DNA of 64,000 nucleotides from Ferruginibacter sp. (GTDB lineage: Bacteria; Bacteroidota; Bacteroidia; Chitinophagales; Chitinophagaceae), in assembly GCA_039918155.1 (NCBI GenBank), contig JBDSIB010000073.1, positions 15,573-79,572 on the forward strand. Direction: 5' to 3'. Each line of letters begins with the position of its first letter. The first letter of the stretch is position 1. Shown piece by piece: positions 41,999 to 51,599 of this stretch. Made by a program: the position numbers and the translations under genes. Under the pieces are notes generated by a model. It made no database searches. It was not told where the DNA came from and worked only from the letters and a program-made list of their open reading frames with translations.

Positions 41999-43423
41999 AT
42001 GAAAAAATTATGTCTTTTTCTTACGCTATTATTTTCAGGAATATTTACAGGCTTCAGCCAGCAAAACGCAACTCCTGTTTTAAAGGTTGAAGGCGGAAGC
42101 CTGCAGGGTGTTTCAACTGCAGTAAAAGGAATTACATCTTACAAAGGAATACCTTTCGCCGCAGCTCCGGTTGGCAGCTTGCGTTGGAAAGAACCACAGG
42201 CGGTAGTGCCATGGAAGGGTGTGAAGCAGGCAGATAAATATGGTGCCGCAGCCATGCAGGTAACCTGGGATCCTAATAGTTTTTATGGAAAAGAATGGCG
42301 TGCAAGTGGGAGCGTACCTTTTAATGAAGATTGTTTATACCTTAATATATGGACACCCGCAGCCGGTAAAATGAATGCTAAGCTCCCTGTTGCCATGTGG
42401 ATACATGGTGGTGGGTACAGAGAAGGTTTTGCCTTTGAACCAGAAATGGATGGCGGCGAAGACTATGCTTCCCGTGGAGTGATATTAGTTACTGTAACTT
42501 ATCGCCTTGGCGTATTCGGCTTCTTTTCTCACCCATTATTGTCAGCAGAAAGCGCCCATGGTGTGTCTGGTAATTATGGAATAATGGACCAGGCAGCAGC
42601 ACTAAAATGGATCACACAAAACATTGCTCAGTTTGGTGGCGATGCTGGTAATATTACCATTTTTGGACAAAGCGCAGGTGCAGGAAGTGTACAATCTTTA
42701 TGTGCTTCGCCGCTCTCTAAAACCATGGTGAGTAAAGCAATCATAATGAGTGGTGGTGGCCTGGGCGATGCCAGGCCTGGCCTTTCACTCGATTCTGCAC
42801 AACTGGCAAACAAGAGGATGATGGATTATTTTGGCAAAACAACACTGGAAGATATGCGTGGTCTTTCTTTTAATGAGCTCATTAACATGTCAAAAGATTA
42901 TGCAGATAAAACCAAACTCAGGATTGGCTGGTCGCCGGTTATTGATCAATATTTTTTAAAAGGAACTTTTTCAGAAACAGCAAGAGCAAATCAAATTGCT
43001 GATATACCTTACATCATCGGTTTTACCGCCAATGATATGAATGACATGAGTAAAGCCGTAGGTGATTTTTGTACGTTGCGGGCCACTCAAAGTAAGCAGC
43101 CGGCATACGCTTATTTGTTTCAGCGGCAGCTACCGGGAGACAGCAGCGGTGCTTTTCATTCATCAGACCTATGGTTTATTTTTCATTCTATAAAACACAG
43201 CTGGCGCCCTTTTACTGCCGCAGATAATACGCTAAGCAATAACATGGTTGATTTCTGGACGAACTTTTCAAAGTATGGTAATCCTAATGGTAAGTCTGGT
43301 AATACCTGGCAAGCATATACACCGGCTCATCCGGAGTTTATCAGCTTTGATGTAAAAGATAATAAAGCCGTGATGAGCATGACGGCCACGCCTAAATACT
43401 TAGGTAGTTCTTTCAAGCGATGA
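41999..43423 (+). CDS. type B carboxylesterase
   Basis: YKGIPFAAAPVG, EDCLYLNIW, WIHGGG, FGQSAG, AFHSSD. Confidence 0.93.
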   Translation: MKKLCLFLTLLFSGIFTGFSQQNATPVLKVEGGSLQGVSTAVKGITSYKGIPFAAAPVGSLRWKEPQAVVPWKGVKQADKYGAAAMQVTWDPNSFYGKEWRASGSVPFNEDCLYLNIWTPAAGKMNAKLPVAMWIHGGGYREGFAFEPEMDGGEDYASRGVILVTVTYRLGVFGFFSHPLLSAESAHGVSGNYGIMDQAAALKWITQNIAQFGGDAGNITIFGQSAGAGSVQSLCASPLSKTMVSKAIIMSGGGLGDARPGLSLDSAQLANKRMMDYFGKTTLEDMRGLSFNELINMSKDYADKTKLRIGWSPVIDQYFLKGTFSETARANQIADIPYIIGFTANDMNDMSKAVGDFCTLRATQSKQPAYAYLFQRQLPGDSSGAFHSSDLWFIFHSIKHSWRPFTAADNTLSNNMVDFWTNFSKYGNPNGKSGNTWQAYTPAHPEFISFDVKDNKAVMSMTATPKYLGSSFKR

Positions 43424-43555
43424 CACCATAGATGTTACACAACATCGGGCAATAAATTTATCACGTGTGCCGGGCAGTTTAGAAAAATTAGAATATTTTT
43501 TATAATTGTTCGGTGGGGCCAGACCGGGCAATTTAGAGTTGGAGTAGGGGCTTGT

Positions 43556-43599
43556 GAAATATTGTTGGAAATATTGTTGGAAATATTGTTGGAAATATT
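43556..43599. repeat. 12-bp tandem repeat (about 3.7 units)
   Basis: (gaaatattgttg)x3 + gaaatatt. Confidence 0.9.
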
Positions 43600-43621
43600 T
43601 ATGGGGGCAAAAAACTATCTA

Positions 43622-44155
43622 TTACATATTTGTTAATCGCCGTTGGTTAAAACGTAGGGGAAGGACAGCTTTATGATACTCGAAAACGAACGCTGGCGAA
43701 GTAACTGAGAAAGTCAGAGTGTCCCGTTTATATGCATTTACTATATGTCCGTCTTGTGTCGCAGGTTTCCATCTTGGTGATCTTTCAATTATTCTGATTA
43801 CCTCCGGTTCCATTCCATACCCAAAATTTGTAGTACAACGTAGTACATTTGGACTCCCATCCCTGGATATCATAAATAAAACGACCACATTATAAATGCC
43901 AACAGGAGATCCATTTATTTTAGGGTTATTGATGTTTAAATTTTGTTCAAGATATTTCGCCCACGCAGAATCGCCTCCCGGAAATACTGCAGCTGTTTCA
44001 ATTTTCCTACAAATAAAACTGTATAATATTGGTAAATTATTTTGTTTAGCGATACTATCTGACTTCGGTTTGTTTTGACTGCTTTTTATATTTTGACAAT
44101 AAGCTTTATTTGAGATCCATAATAAAAGCATTAAAAATAATATCGTTCTTAGCAT
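43622..44155 (-). CDS. TonB C-terminal (energy transducer-like) domain protein
   Basis: AVFPGGDSAWAKYL, GYGME.EVIRII..SPRWKPA.Q.G..V. Confidence 0.75.
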   Translation of the reverse strand: MLRTILFLMLLLWISNKAYCQNIKSSQNKPKSDSIAKQNNLPILYSFICRKIETAAVFPGGDSAWAKYLEQNLNINNPKINGSPVGIYNVVVLFMISRDGSPNVLRCTTNFGYGMEPEVIRIIERSPRWKPATQDGHIVNAYKRDTLTFSVTSPAFVFEYHKAVLPLRFNQRRLTNM

Positions 44156-44540
44156 TTTTGTTTGAAGATTTTATGGAGTAAATGAAAATATTCACAAAGC
44201 TTTTAAGAGAGATGCAATTGTTCAGTGTTTCCGTAATAGTTCTGCTAAATCCTTGCCTTAATCTTCCCACAAATCTTCGCCATCGTTTGGTGTTTTTTCA
44301 CCAACGATGAATGGGTTAGTAAATAAAGCTCGCCATTTTATTGAATATGATTTCGAAGGCTGCGGAGAACATCATTTAAAAAAGGTTCTTAAAAACTATC
44401 TCTTAAAAATGCGTTTATCGCCGTTGGTTAAAAACCACACGGCGGCGGAGCTTTATTCTTGAATACCGACGAAGGCGAACGAATTTATAAATAATTATTT
44501 AAGACCGACGGCGGAAAGTGAAATGCAATGTTAGGTAAAG

Positions 44541-44927
44541 TTATTTATTTACTTGCTCATAAATTGGCTGCATAAACTGAACTACTTTGTCAACCTTTTT
44601 AGTTATCGGATTATTAAATTCTGTATAAGTTAATTTAATATTATTTTGACCTTTCTTTAATCTACTTATTTCATTAGAATCTATCGGCATAATAGTCCTA
44701 AAAGCAACAATACTGTCTGAATTTAATTTTAGATACAAGTTAGATTCTTTTTCATTTAACGTTTCAATTCTTACAAATTGACCTTCGATCTGAACGCCAC
44801 TTTCTTTAGCCTTTTTAAAACTGTTTATTATACTATCTGTATCATTAAGCGTTATAGACTTATTTGAATTCTTACAGGATAAAATAATAACTGATGGAAT
44901 CAATATGTAAATAAGCTTTATCCCCAT
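44541..44927 (-). CDS. hypothetical lipoprotein
   Basis: MGIKLIYILIPSVIILSC lipobox-like start. Confidence 0.6.
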   Translation of the reverse strand: MGIKLIYILIPSVIILSCKNSNKSITLNDTDSIINSFKKAKESGVQIEGQFVRIETLNEKESNLYLKLNSDSIVAFRTIMPIDSNEISRLKKGQNNIKLTYTEFNNPITKKVDKVVQFMQPIYEQVNK

Positions 44928-44979
44928 TGAAAAGTTTTTATATTTTAAGCAAGCCGGCAAGGATGCTGTCAATTAATTA

Positions 44980-45429
44980 TCAGGCTACTTCCTTGTAAAA
45001 TACTTCAGTGCTGTCCAAAGATAGATATCCAGTCTGGGCATAATCTTCGTCAGTTAGAAAGTATTCAAAGGATATACATGAATCCCCTAATTTTCTGATA
45101 TTCCACCATTTCGGAAGAGATGGAATAAGACTTTCGTCAATTTTGCCTGGGTCTTCATACTCCAAGGCAATTTCCGACTTAGTCATTGCTTTAAAAGAGT
45201 AGGGAGCTAACAAAAGAATTCGCTTAATTTCATCTGGACAGGTTTTAAAATGAATATACATCATTTGATCATCAACATCTTTCATATCCCGTGATTCTAA
45301 TATTTGATTACACTTATTTGTTGATCGTCCAAAGAATTGTATATATATTTTTTCCTTTGACCTTTGAGGACGGAAACACGAAATTTGTATAATGGTTATG
45401 GCAAGATATACAGACCAAGTAAGGCGCAA
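44980..45429 (-). CDS. hypothetical (lipo)protein
   Basis: 149-aa ORF with hydrophobic N-terminus and ISC. Confidence 0.55.
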   Translation of the reverse strand: MRLTWSVYLAITIIQISCFRPQRSKEKIYIQFFGRSTNKCNQILESRDMKDVDDQMMYIHFKTCPDEIKRILLLAPYSFKAMTKSEIALEYEDPGKIDESLIPSLPKWWNIRKLGDSCISFEYFLTDEDYAQTGYLSLDSTEVFYKEVA

Positions 45430-45432
45430 GGA

Positions 45433-46080
45433 CTATTCTTTCCCTCTTATTCTAATTTTTTGTAAGTCGCTAATATTAGTTTCTGTTTTTGTCAATATTT
45501 TAATTAGCCCTAAATCGATGTTTTCTTTTGTGTTTTGCACATTCTCAATTATAATTCTCAAAAGACTGGCTTCAGCAACAAAATATTTGTCACTTTCTGC
45601 ATTTATAATAACGCCATCAATCATAAAAATCGACGACTTATTTTTTAAGTTTGTATACTTTTCTTTTAGTGTTTGTAAAGAAATAAGTACAGGGTTAAAA
45701 GGATGTTTTGTCTTAAGACGAATCTGCCCATAATACACAATGTTATCAATTACTATACTGTCTTTAGTAGCAGTAAGACTATCAATGTCATTGGAGTTAA
45801 GGGTTGATAATATTGAGTATTGCCCTGGCAAGAATTTGCCATTTACAAAAATGGCAGGATTATTAATTTCTTTTTTTTGATATAGGATTATCAAATTTGT
45901 GTCAAGTTTGTTAGTTGGAAATTGATCAATTTTGCCAGTTAGCCCTTCATTAAGGGTTTTGTTTTTTAGAAGAGAGGTGTTTGGGGATTTTGGGCTATTG
46001 GAAGTTGACTGACAAAAAGTATGAGTTGAACAAATACAAAAGACAGCTAGTAACAAAAATTTCATTTTCTTTATTTTCAT
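45433..46080 (-). CDS. exported hypothetical protein (TonB-plug-like motifs)
   Basis: Signal peptide; PAIFVNG, LNSNDIDSL, IFMIDG. Confidence 0.6.
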   Translation of the reverse strand: MKIKKMKFLLLAVFCICSTHTFCQSTSNSPKSPNTSLLKNKTLNEGLTGKIDQFPTNKLDTNLIILYQKKEINNPAIFVNGKFLPGQYSILSTLNSNDIDSLTATKDSIVIDNIVYYGQIRLKTKHPFNPVLISLQTLKEKYTNLKNKSSIFMIDGVIINAESDKYFVAEASLLRIIIENVQNTKENIDLGLIKILTKTETNISDLQKIRIRGKE

Positions 46081-46104
46081 TTTTGAAAGTTGTCATTTTA
46101 ACTT

Positions 46105-46306
46105 GCCACCAACGTTGACGGCTTGCTGCTGTGCTGGAATTCATTGAATGTCCAGCCCGGAACTGCAGCCGATTTGAAAAACTGATGATGAAGTTAACAA
46201 CTAAAAGTTGAAAATTGAACTTCGAGCTGGAACCAAAGCTGATAGCGAACTATAGCCGACTGTTACTACGTCTGCCAGCATATAAGCAAACCGATTGTTG
46301 CCTGCT
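46105..46306. repeat. intergenic repeat family B, copy 2 (attC-like ends)
   Basis: Starts GCCACCAAC, ends TGTTGCCTGCT; similar to 39671..39842. Confidence 0.6.
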
Positions 46307-46317
46307 GTTGTTCTTCG

Positions 46318-47190
46318 TCACATGCTACCAGAGTCGGGCCAATTTGTCCAATGCGTATTAGGTTTTAATGCCGGTCTATATAAAGTCGTGTCGCCACTTG
46401 CAATAACCTTAGCAATCAGTTGCCATGTTTCGCATGAACTTGGCCGATTGTCCTTGTATTGATTTTGATTGTATTCGCCTGTTGATTTTTCCTGTTGTCT
46501 AAACATAGAAGCAAAAGTTTCATAGTCTAAAGGATATTCACCGCCAACAAGATTTTTATTGAACTCATAAGTTGTCCGCAAGTGTTCATCACTCATTGTC
46601 GGTTGAATAATTTCATTGAAGTCACGATGATGCCAATCGTCAATAACAAATATTTTTTTAAGCTCTTTAGGGATTGATTTGTAAAGTTCTTCGTCTGTTG
46701 CTCTTAATAAGTCACGGTGTTTTGTTATGAGTAATCTGCCAACTTCTTCTATTGAAATTTCTCCAGGTTCATATTCTTTAAGTTCAATTCCTGCATTCAA
46801 ATAATCTTGCTTGTCGTGGGTAAGTTCAATTTGATTGCCTCTAACATTCCAAAACTTTGCATCAGGTTTTAGAACTTCACCGTCAACTGCGTCGTTGAAG
46901 TCATTCCACTCTATAGGATAAACTGTGTAATTGTTTGTGTCTTGTCCGTTGTAGTGTTCCAAATTTGTAAGACAATTTCCAAAATAACATATGTCAAGCG
47001 TAATGCCTCCACCTCTTGGATTATAACCTAATCGTTCGGAAGCAATTGCCCAATTGTCATTGTCACCTTTGAAAATATTAAGTCGACTGTCTATGAGAAA
47101 AGAATAGACATGTCCCAAGTCTATAAACTGGCAATAGTAGCCTAGTTTATAATCGTCAAGCTTTGCAAGAATTTGGTCTTCTGTAATCAT
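46318..47190 (-). CDS. hypothetical protein, polymorphic-toxin immunity-like
   Basis: Acidic cytoplasmic protein, SRLNIF..WAI..ERLGYN and PSSCETWQLIAKVI..GD..LYRP..PNTHWTNWP; start moved to MITEDQ. Confidence 0.6.
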   Translation of the reverse strand: MITEDQILAKLDDYKLGYYCQFIDLGHVYSFLIDSRLNIFKGDNDNWAIASERLGYNPRGGGITLDICYFGNCLTNLEHYNGQDTNNYTVYPIEWNDFNDAVDGEVLKPDAKFWNVRGNQIELTHDKQDYLNAGIELKEYEPGEISIEEVGRLLITKHRDLLRATDEELYKSIPKELKKIFVIDDWHHRDFNEIIQPTMSDEHLRTTYEFNKNLVGGEYPLDYETFASMFRQQEKSTGEYNQNQYKDNRPSSCETWQLIAKVIASGDTTLYRPALKPNTHWTNWPDSGSM

Positions 47191-47304
47191 AGTAGAGTGT
47201 CGCAATACAATAGCAGGCAACACTGGCATTTATGCTATTGTACGCTACTTCAAATTTATAAATAAATATTAATAATCAACACTTTAGTAATATACATTTT
47301 GTAT

Positions 47305-47322
47305 CTGCCTACCGGCAGACAG
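47305..47322. repeat. short palindromic REP-like sequence
   Basis: ctgcctaccggcagacagg, resembling the CCTGYCTRCCGGCAGRCAGG-type palindromes of Bacteroidota (recalled, not searched). Confidence 0.4.
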
Positions 47323-47489
47323 GTTGTTTATAGCAGCAATGAAATTTGTAAAAAATCATTATTTGTTTTACAGGCATAGTGCCGCCATTTGTTTAATGGT
47401 AAATATTAAACAGGTATAAACTCGAAAATCCTGTTTATACAATCTACTTTACACTCCCTTAATATCTGTTTTTCAAAACTCCCTCTCTT

Positions 47490-47757
47490 TTGTTTGCCAA
47501 ACAGTCTTCTTTTCCTCTCATACAATAGCCATTGTTTGCTATACAATGCCCTTATCCTTTCAAACAATAGGCGTTGTTTGTTTAACAATACCCTTTTCCT
47601 CTCAAACAATGACCATTGTTTGTTATACAATGCCCTTCATCGCTCAAACAATAGCTATTGTTTGTTATACAATGCCTTTCTCCTCTCAAACAATGACCAT
47701 TGTTCGTTATACAATGCCTTTCTTCTTTCAAACAATGACCATTGTTTGTTATACAAG
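47490..47757. repeat. 42-bp (2x21) tandem array with six CAAACAAT-N4-ATTGTTTG palindromes
   Basis: Palindromes start at 47519, 47561, 47603, 47645, 47687 and 47729; acaat recurs every 21 bp. Confidence 0.92.
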
Positions 47758-47879
47758 GAGAATTTTTTAGGGGTAAAACGGGGTATTTCGGGACATTTCA
47801 GGAGCAGTGTATAATAAAATATAGTAGTTATTAGTTATAAATAGTGCCACAATATTGTGGTACACTATAATCCACTCTT

Positions 47880-48497
47880 ATGACCAGGCAAAAGATCACA
47901 ACCAATTTTCAGAGATATACAGATTCTGCCTTTGATACAAAAGCTGCACATATTCTCAACAGCATGATGGATAACCCGGCTTTTGCAGATCCCATTCCTA
48001 CGCTGACAGAACTGCAGATAGTTTTAACTAGCTACAGCCAGCACCTGGTAGCAGCCATAAACGGAGACAAAGTTGCGGTAGCAGAAAAAAATAAAAGCCG
48101 TAGAGGCCTGGAGCGGCTGCTTGTGCAGCTAGGCATGTACGTTATGTACGTGGCCAATGGCAATGTTACCATACTTACCAGCAGTGGCTTTACACTAGCC
48201 AAACAAAGGGAGACGAACTATATTACCAACCCGGGCAGTGTTACTTTGAAAAATGGTATTACATCCGGCCAATTGACGGGTGCTGTAAAAATGGTAAAAG
48301 GGGTACGTGCATACCTGCACCAGATAACGGATGAACCGCCAAAAGAAACTACTGCATGGCAGGAAAAACCGAGTAGCCGTTGCCGTTATACCTTCAACAA
48401 CCTGGTACCCGGCAGGCAATATTGGGTGCGTATAGCTGCTACTGCCAGTGGAAATCAAATTGCTTACAGTGCTGTGTCTTCGCAGTTTGTGCAGTAG
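47880..48497 (+). CDS. helical N-terminal domain + fibronectin type III domain protein
   Basis: NPAFADPIPTL, ILTSSGF, TFNNLVPGRQYWVRIAA (FN3-like); no signal peptide. Confidence 0.75.
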   Translation: MTRQKITTNFQRYTDSAFDTKAAHILNSMMDNPAFADPIPTLTELQIVLTSYSQHLVAAINGDKVAVAEKNKSRRGLERLLVQLGMYVMYVANGNVTILTSSGFTLAKQRETNYITNPGSVTLKNGITSGQLTGAVKMVKGVRAYLHQITDEPPKETTAWQEKPSSRCRYTFNNLVPGRQYWVRIAATASGNQIAYSAVSSQFVQ

Positions 48498-48581
48498 GTT
48501 GTGGTGGGATATTTATTAAATGTTTATTTTTTCTAAAAAAATATAGGGGAGCGGTATGCTTTCGGCTTAATTACTATTTCA

Positions 48582-48650
48582 ATGATGCTTTTATTGTTGT
48601 GTTGGGGTAATAGGGTAACTTTAAAGTGAGGTGATGGGTGAGTTAGCTGT
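48582..48650 (+). repeat. intergenic repeat family A, copy 1
   Basis: atgatgcttttattgttgtgttg...atagggtaacttt...gtgagttagct. Confidence 0.8.
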
Positions 48651-48699
48651 AAGTTTATCAAAAGGCCTCAAATTCAAAAATTTACAACAATAAAAATTA

Positions 48700-49128
48700 A
48701 TGCAACAAAGAATTGTTTTGCTTTTATTTGGACTAATGTTTTTATACAACTCTTGTTGTCCGTTTATAAAAGAAGAAGGTCTTGGTAATAATTTTTATTT
48801 ATCTGAATATGATAATGTGGACAGGAGAATTCTTTATTCCGAAGAATCTTGCTCAAATTCAGGTATTGAAATTGTTCCCATGACAGTTACAGAATATGCT
48901 TATAACTTAAAATGGATTATTGTTAAATCTTCTGAGTCAAGGCAAAAAGAAAAAGATAGATATTGGATTGTTGACAAAGATTTTAAAGTAAAAATTATAC
49001 AAAACAACGACAGTACAATTAATGTTATAAAGTCTCATGTTTTAGGCCCGTTAGATTCGACCAGATTTGTTCAATTATTGTTTGCAAAAGGGATCAAATT
49101 GACTTTAAACAAAATTCAATCAAATTAA
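48700..49128 (+). CDS. DUF3997-like lipoprotein
   Basis: Lipobox NSCC; LGNNFYL, VTEYAYN.KWII, YWIVDK, VLGPLD. Confidence 0.65.
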   Translation: MQQRIVLLLFGLMFLYNSCCPFIKEEGLGNNFYLSEYDNVDRRILYSEESCSNSGIEIVPMTVTEYAYNLKWIIVKSSESRQKEKDRYWIVDKDFKVKIIQNNDSTINVIKSHVLGPLDSTRFVQLLFAKGIKLTLNKIQSN

Positions 49129-49250
49129 ATCCCCGTTTTGTGTGCTACAAACCGAAGCCATAGACCCAAATTATCAATGAAACCATCAACAAGTATTTCA
49201 CATTGTCAAATGCCGGGTCTAATGAATAAAAATCGGATACTATTTCACCG

Positions 49251-49320
49251 ATGATGCTTTTATTGTTGTGTTGCGGTTATAGGGTAACTTTAAGATGCGC
49301 TTATTGGTGTGAGTTATGTG
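49251..49320 (+). repeat. intergenic repeat family A, copy 2
   Basis: atgatgcttttattgttgtgttg...atagggtaacttt...gtgagttatgt. Confidence 0.8.
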
Positions 49321-49354
49321 AAATCGGTTGTTACTCTATAAATTTTGAAAGCAT

Positions 49355-49552
49355 ATGCAGATAGTTATTGCAGTCGGATTATTAATTATAAGTTTTTTTG
49401 CATTCATGTTATTTATTGCTGGAAGTAATGGGCATATACAGTTTCGACCGCACATGACGGAGGATTGGATATTTTGGAGTTTAATGATTATACCTTCATT
49501 AACAGGTGTGGTAATTTTAATTAAGCAAGTATTAAAAATTTCTAAAACATAA
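49355..49552 (+). CDS. small two-TM membrane protein
   Basis: 65-aa ORF with two hydrophobic segments, directly after repeat A2. Confidence 0.55.
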   Translation: MQIVIAVGLLIISFFAFMLFIAGSNGHIQFRPHMTEDWIFWSLMIIPSLTGVVILIKQVLKISKT

Positions 49553-49600
49553 CTAAGCTGTGGGGACAGCGACCGCTAAAAAATAAACTTTACAAGAACT

Positions 49601-50113
49601 ATGAGCTTTTTTAAAAAATCATTTAGTAGTGACAAAAACCCGGGTAATAATAAACCTGATATTGACGCTTTACTTCTTTTACCGAATGCAGACGCTGCAA
49701 TCATTGAAATTGATAACTATGTTTGTGAACTTGGTTCATGGGGCGACACATTAGAACAATTAACAGAGCCACAAAAAAATTTCTATTTTAATCAAAACTT
49801 AGAAAGAGAGATTAACAATGGTGGCTTTGATCAGTTTTTTTCTAACTCAAGTGGTGACTATGCTCATGAGACATTGACGTCGTTAAAACTGATAGGTGCA
49901 AATAAGACAGTCGACATTTTACAAAAGGCAATAGATCAATTTCCTAACTCAACAGTTTCTAAAGACAGAGACAAAAGACAAAATTTTTTAGAGCAGATGG
50001 AAGAAAAGGCAAACGAAGTATGGGAGCAACTCGATCAGGCGTTTTACAAGTATGATGACAATTTAAATGACCTCAATATTGAGTTTATTAAACAAAATAA
50101 AAATTCGTTTTAG
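49601..50113 (+). CDS. DMP19/DUF4375 family protein
   Basis: LEREINNGGFDQFFSNSSG, LKLIGA, LDQAFY. Confidence 0.85.
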   Translation: MSFFKKSFSSDKNPGNNKPDIDALLLLPNADAAIIEIDNYVCELGSWGDTLEQLTEPQKNFYFNQNLEREINNGGFDQFFSNSSGDYAHETLTSLKLIGANKTVDILQKAIDQFPNSTVSKDRDKRQNFLEQMEEKANEVWEQLDQAFYKYDDNLNDLNIEFIKQNKNSF

Positions 50114-50210
50114 TCACCGTTCAAAAGCTATCTGCACCATCAGGTTTTGTGCAATGCTGCCTGCATATGCAAAAGCTACTAAACATTACATCACGAAGTA
50201 ATAAATTAAT

Positions 50211-50639
50211 GTGAACTTACTTACTGTAAAGCAACTTGATGAATGGATGGTAGATAATTGCTTTAATGACAGTTACGGAATTGGCAATAGAAATATTCAC
50301 GAAGGTTGTGGACTTGATACATTTGGCAGTTTATATGTTTGGTATTATACAGAACGTGGGCAAAGAAAAAATTTAAAATATTTTCAAACTGAAAAAGAAG
50401 CCGTTGCATTTGCTTTCAAGACAATTATTGCAGATAAATCTGCGAACATACATATGATCGGGTTCATTAAGGACAAGTCAAAAGAGGATGAACTGTTAAC
50501 GGAACTTCGGGAGAGGAATATAGAGTTTTGGAAAGATGAAATTCCTTATGGTGGACCAAATGATATAAGAAGTCGTGTCTTTGTTTTTGGGTGTGACATC
50601 AAACTAGTATTAGACTTGCAAAAACAATTTGGGGTGTGA
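50211..50639 (+). CDS. hypothetical protein with immunity-like N-terminal domain
   Basis: WYYTERGQ...YFQTEKEAV resembles Imm59-like immunity proteins (recalled, not searched). Confidence 0.55.
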   Translation: MNLLTVKQLDEWMVDNCFNDSYGIGNRNIHEGCGLDTFGSLYVWYYTERGQRKNLKYFQTEKEAVAFAFKTIIADKSANIHMIGFIKDKSKEDELLTELRERNIEFWKDEIPYGGPNDIRSRVFVFGCDIKLVLDLQKQFGV

Positions 50640-50719
50640 CAAAATAAATTTTGCTGATAGGCGTGTTTTGGCAAGCCTTTTAATAAACGGTCACTCAATT
50701 ATCATAACAACGAACAGAA

Positions 50720-51298
50720 GTGAAGAAAATATTAATAATAAACGGACACCCTGACAAAGAAAGTTATTGTAATTCATTATTTGAAGCATATAAAAAGGGG
50801 GCTTTGAGATCCGGAGCAGAACTAAAAGAAATTATAATTGCTGATCTGCAGTTTAATCCAAATCTGCAATTCGGTTATAGAAAAAGAACGGAGCTTGAAC
50901 CTGACTTACTTGAATGCTGGGAGAAAATAAAATGGGCAGACCACCTGGTTTGGGTTTATCCGGTTTGGTGGGCTTCACTTCCTGCAATTTTAAAAGGTTT
51001 TATTGACAGGCTTTTTTTGCCGGGTTTTGCTTTTCAAAAAAGAGAAAATTCTCTTTTGGGTGATGGACTTTTAAAAGGAAAGACTGCACGAATTATTTCT
51101 ACACTAGATCAACCTGTGTTTTTTTATTGGCTGGTAAATCATAAACCGAGCTATTGGGCTATGAAGAGAAACACCCTCTATTACTGTGGTGTAAGAAATA
51201 TAAAAGCTACCACCATAGGGCCAATAAGATTATCGAAGAGTAAGTTCCGTGAAAAATGGTTGCACAAAGTGGAACAAATAGGACATAGGCAAAACTAA
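50720..51298 (+). CDS. NAD(P)H-dependent oxidoreductase (flavodoxin-like fold)
   Basis: ILIINGHP, ADHLVWVYPVWW..LPAILKGFIDR, LKGKTA. Confidence 0.92.
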   Translation: MKKILIINGHPDKESYCNSLFEAYKKGALRSGAELKEIIIADLQFNPNLQFGYRKRTELEPDLLECWEKIKWADHLVWVYPVWWASLPAILKGFIDRLFLPGFAFQKRENSLLGDGLLKGKTARIISTLDQPVFFYWLVNHKPSYWAMKRNTLYYCGVRNIKATTIGPIRLSKSKFREKWLHKVEQIGHRQN

Positions 51299-51333
51299 AT
51301 AATAGTCAAGCCTATTTCAGCGTAAAACAAGAC

Positions 51334-51380
51334 TAAATAATGAATGTAATATTTTGCTCAGCCAAACTTGCGAAATTATT
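51334..51380 (+). repeat. 47-bp exact duplicate of the 5' end of gene 52208..52723
   Basis: Identical to 52202..52248. Confidence 0.95.
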
Positions 51381-51384
51381 TTCG

Positions 51385-51572
51385 CCGCTGCTGGCTAATC
51401 TTAACACAACAAATTTACTCATCTCTTACGGACTGCCGCAGTATCGGCACTTAAAAATCGGAGTATGGGCTTATGAAATATTATAGACTTACCTACGGCG
51501 GCGAAATAATGCTTTATCGCTTATTGGGGTAATAGGGTAACTTTGAAGTGACGCAATCGGTGAGTTAGCGGC
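51385..51572 (+). repeat. long intergenic element ending in family A copy 3
   Basis: Begins gctgctggctaat, contains ggagtatgggcttatgaaatatt and atagggtaactttg, ends gtgagttagcggc. Confidence 0.65.
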
Positions 51573-51599
51573 AAGCGCAACACAAACCTTACACACGGT

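Noticed and set aside
47490-47757. CRISPR array
   Set aside because: The 22-bp linkers are near-copies of each other rather than unique spacers, and there are no cas genes in the window
47406-47814. Three overlapping ORFs across the 42-bp array
   Set aside because: Open frames are expected from a repeat whose period is divisible by 3; the minus frame is interrupted by stops
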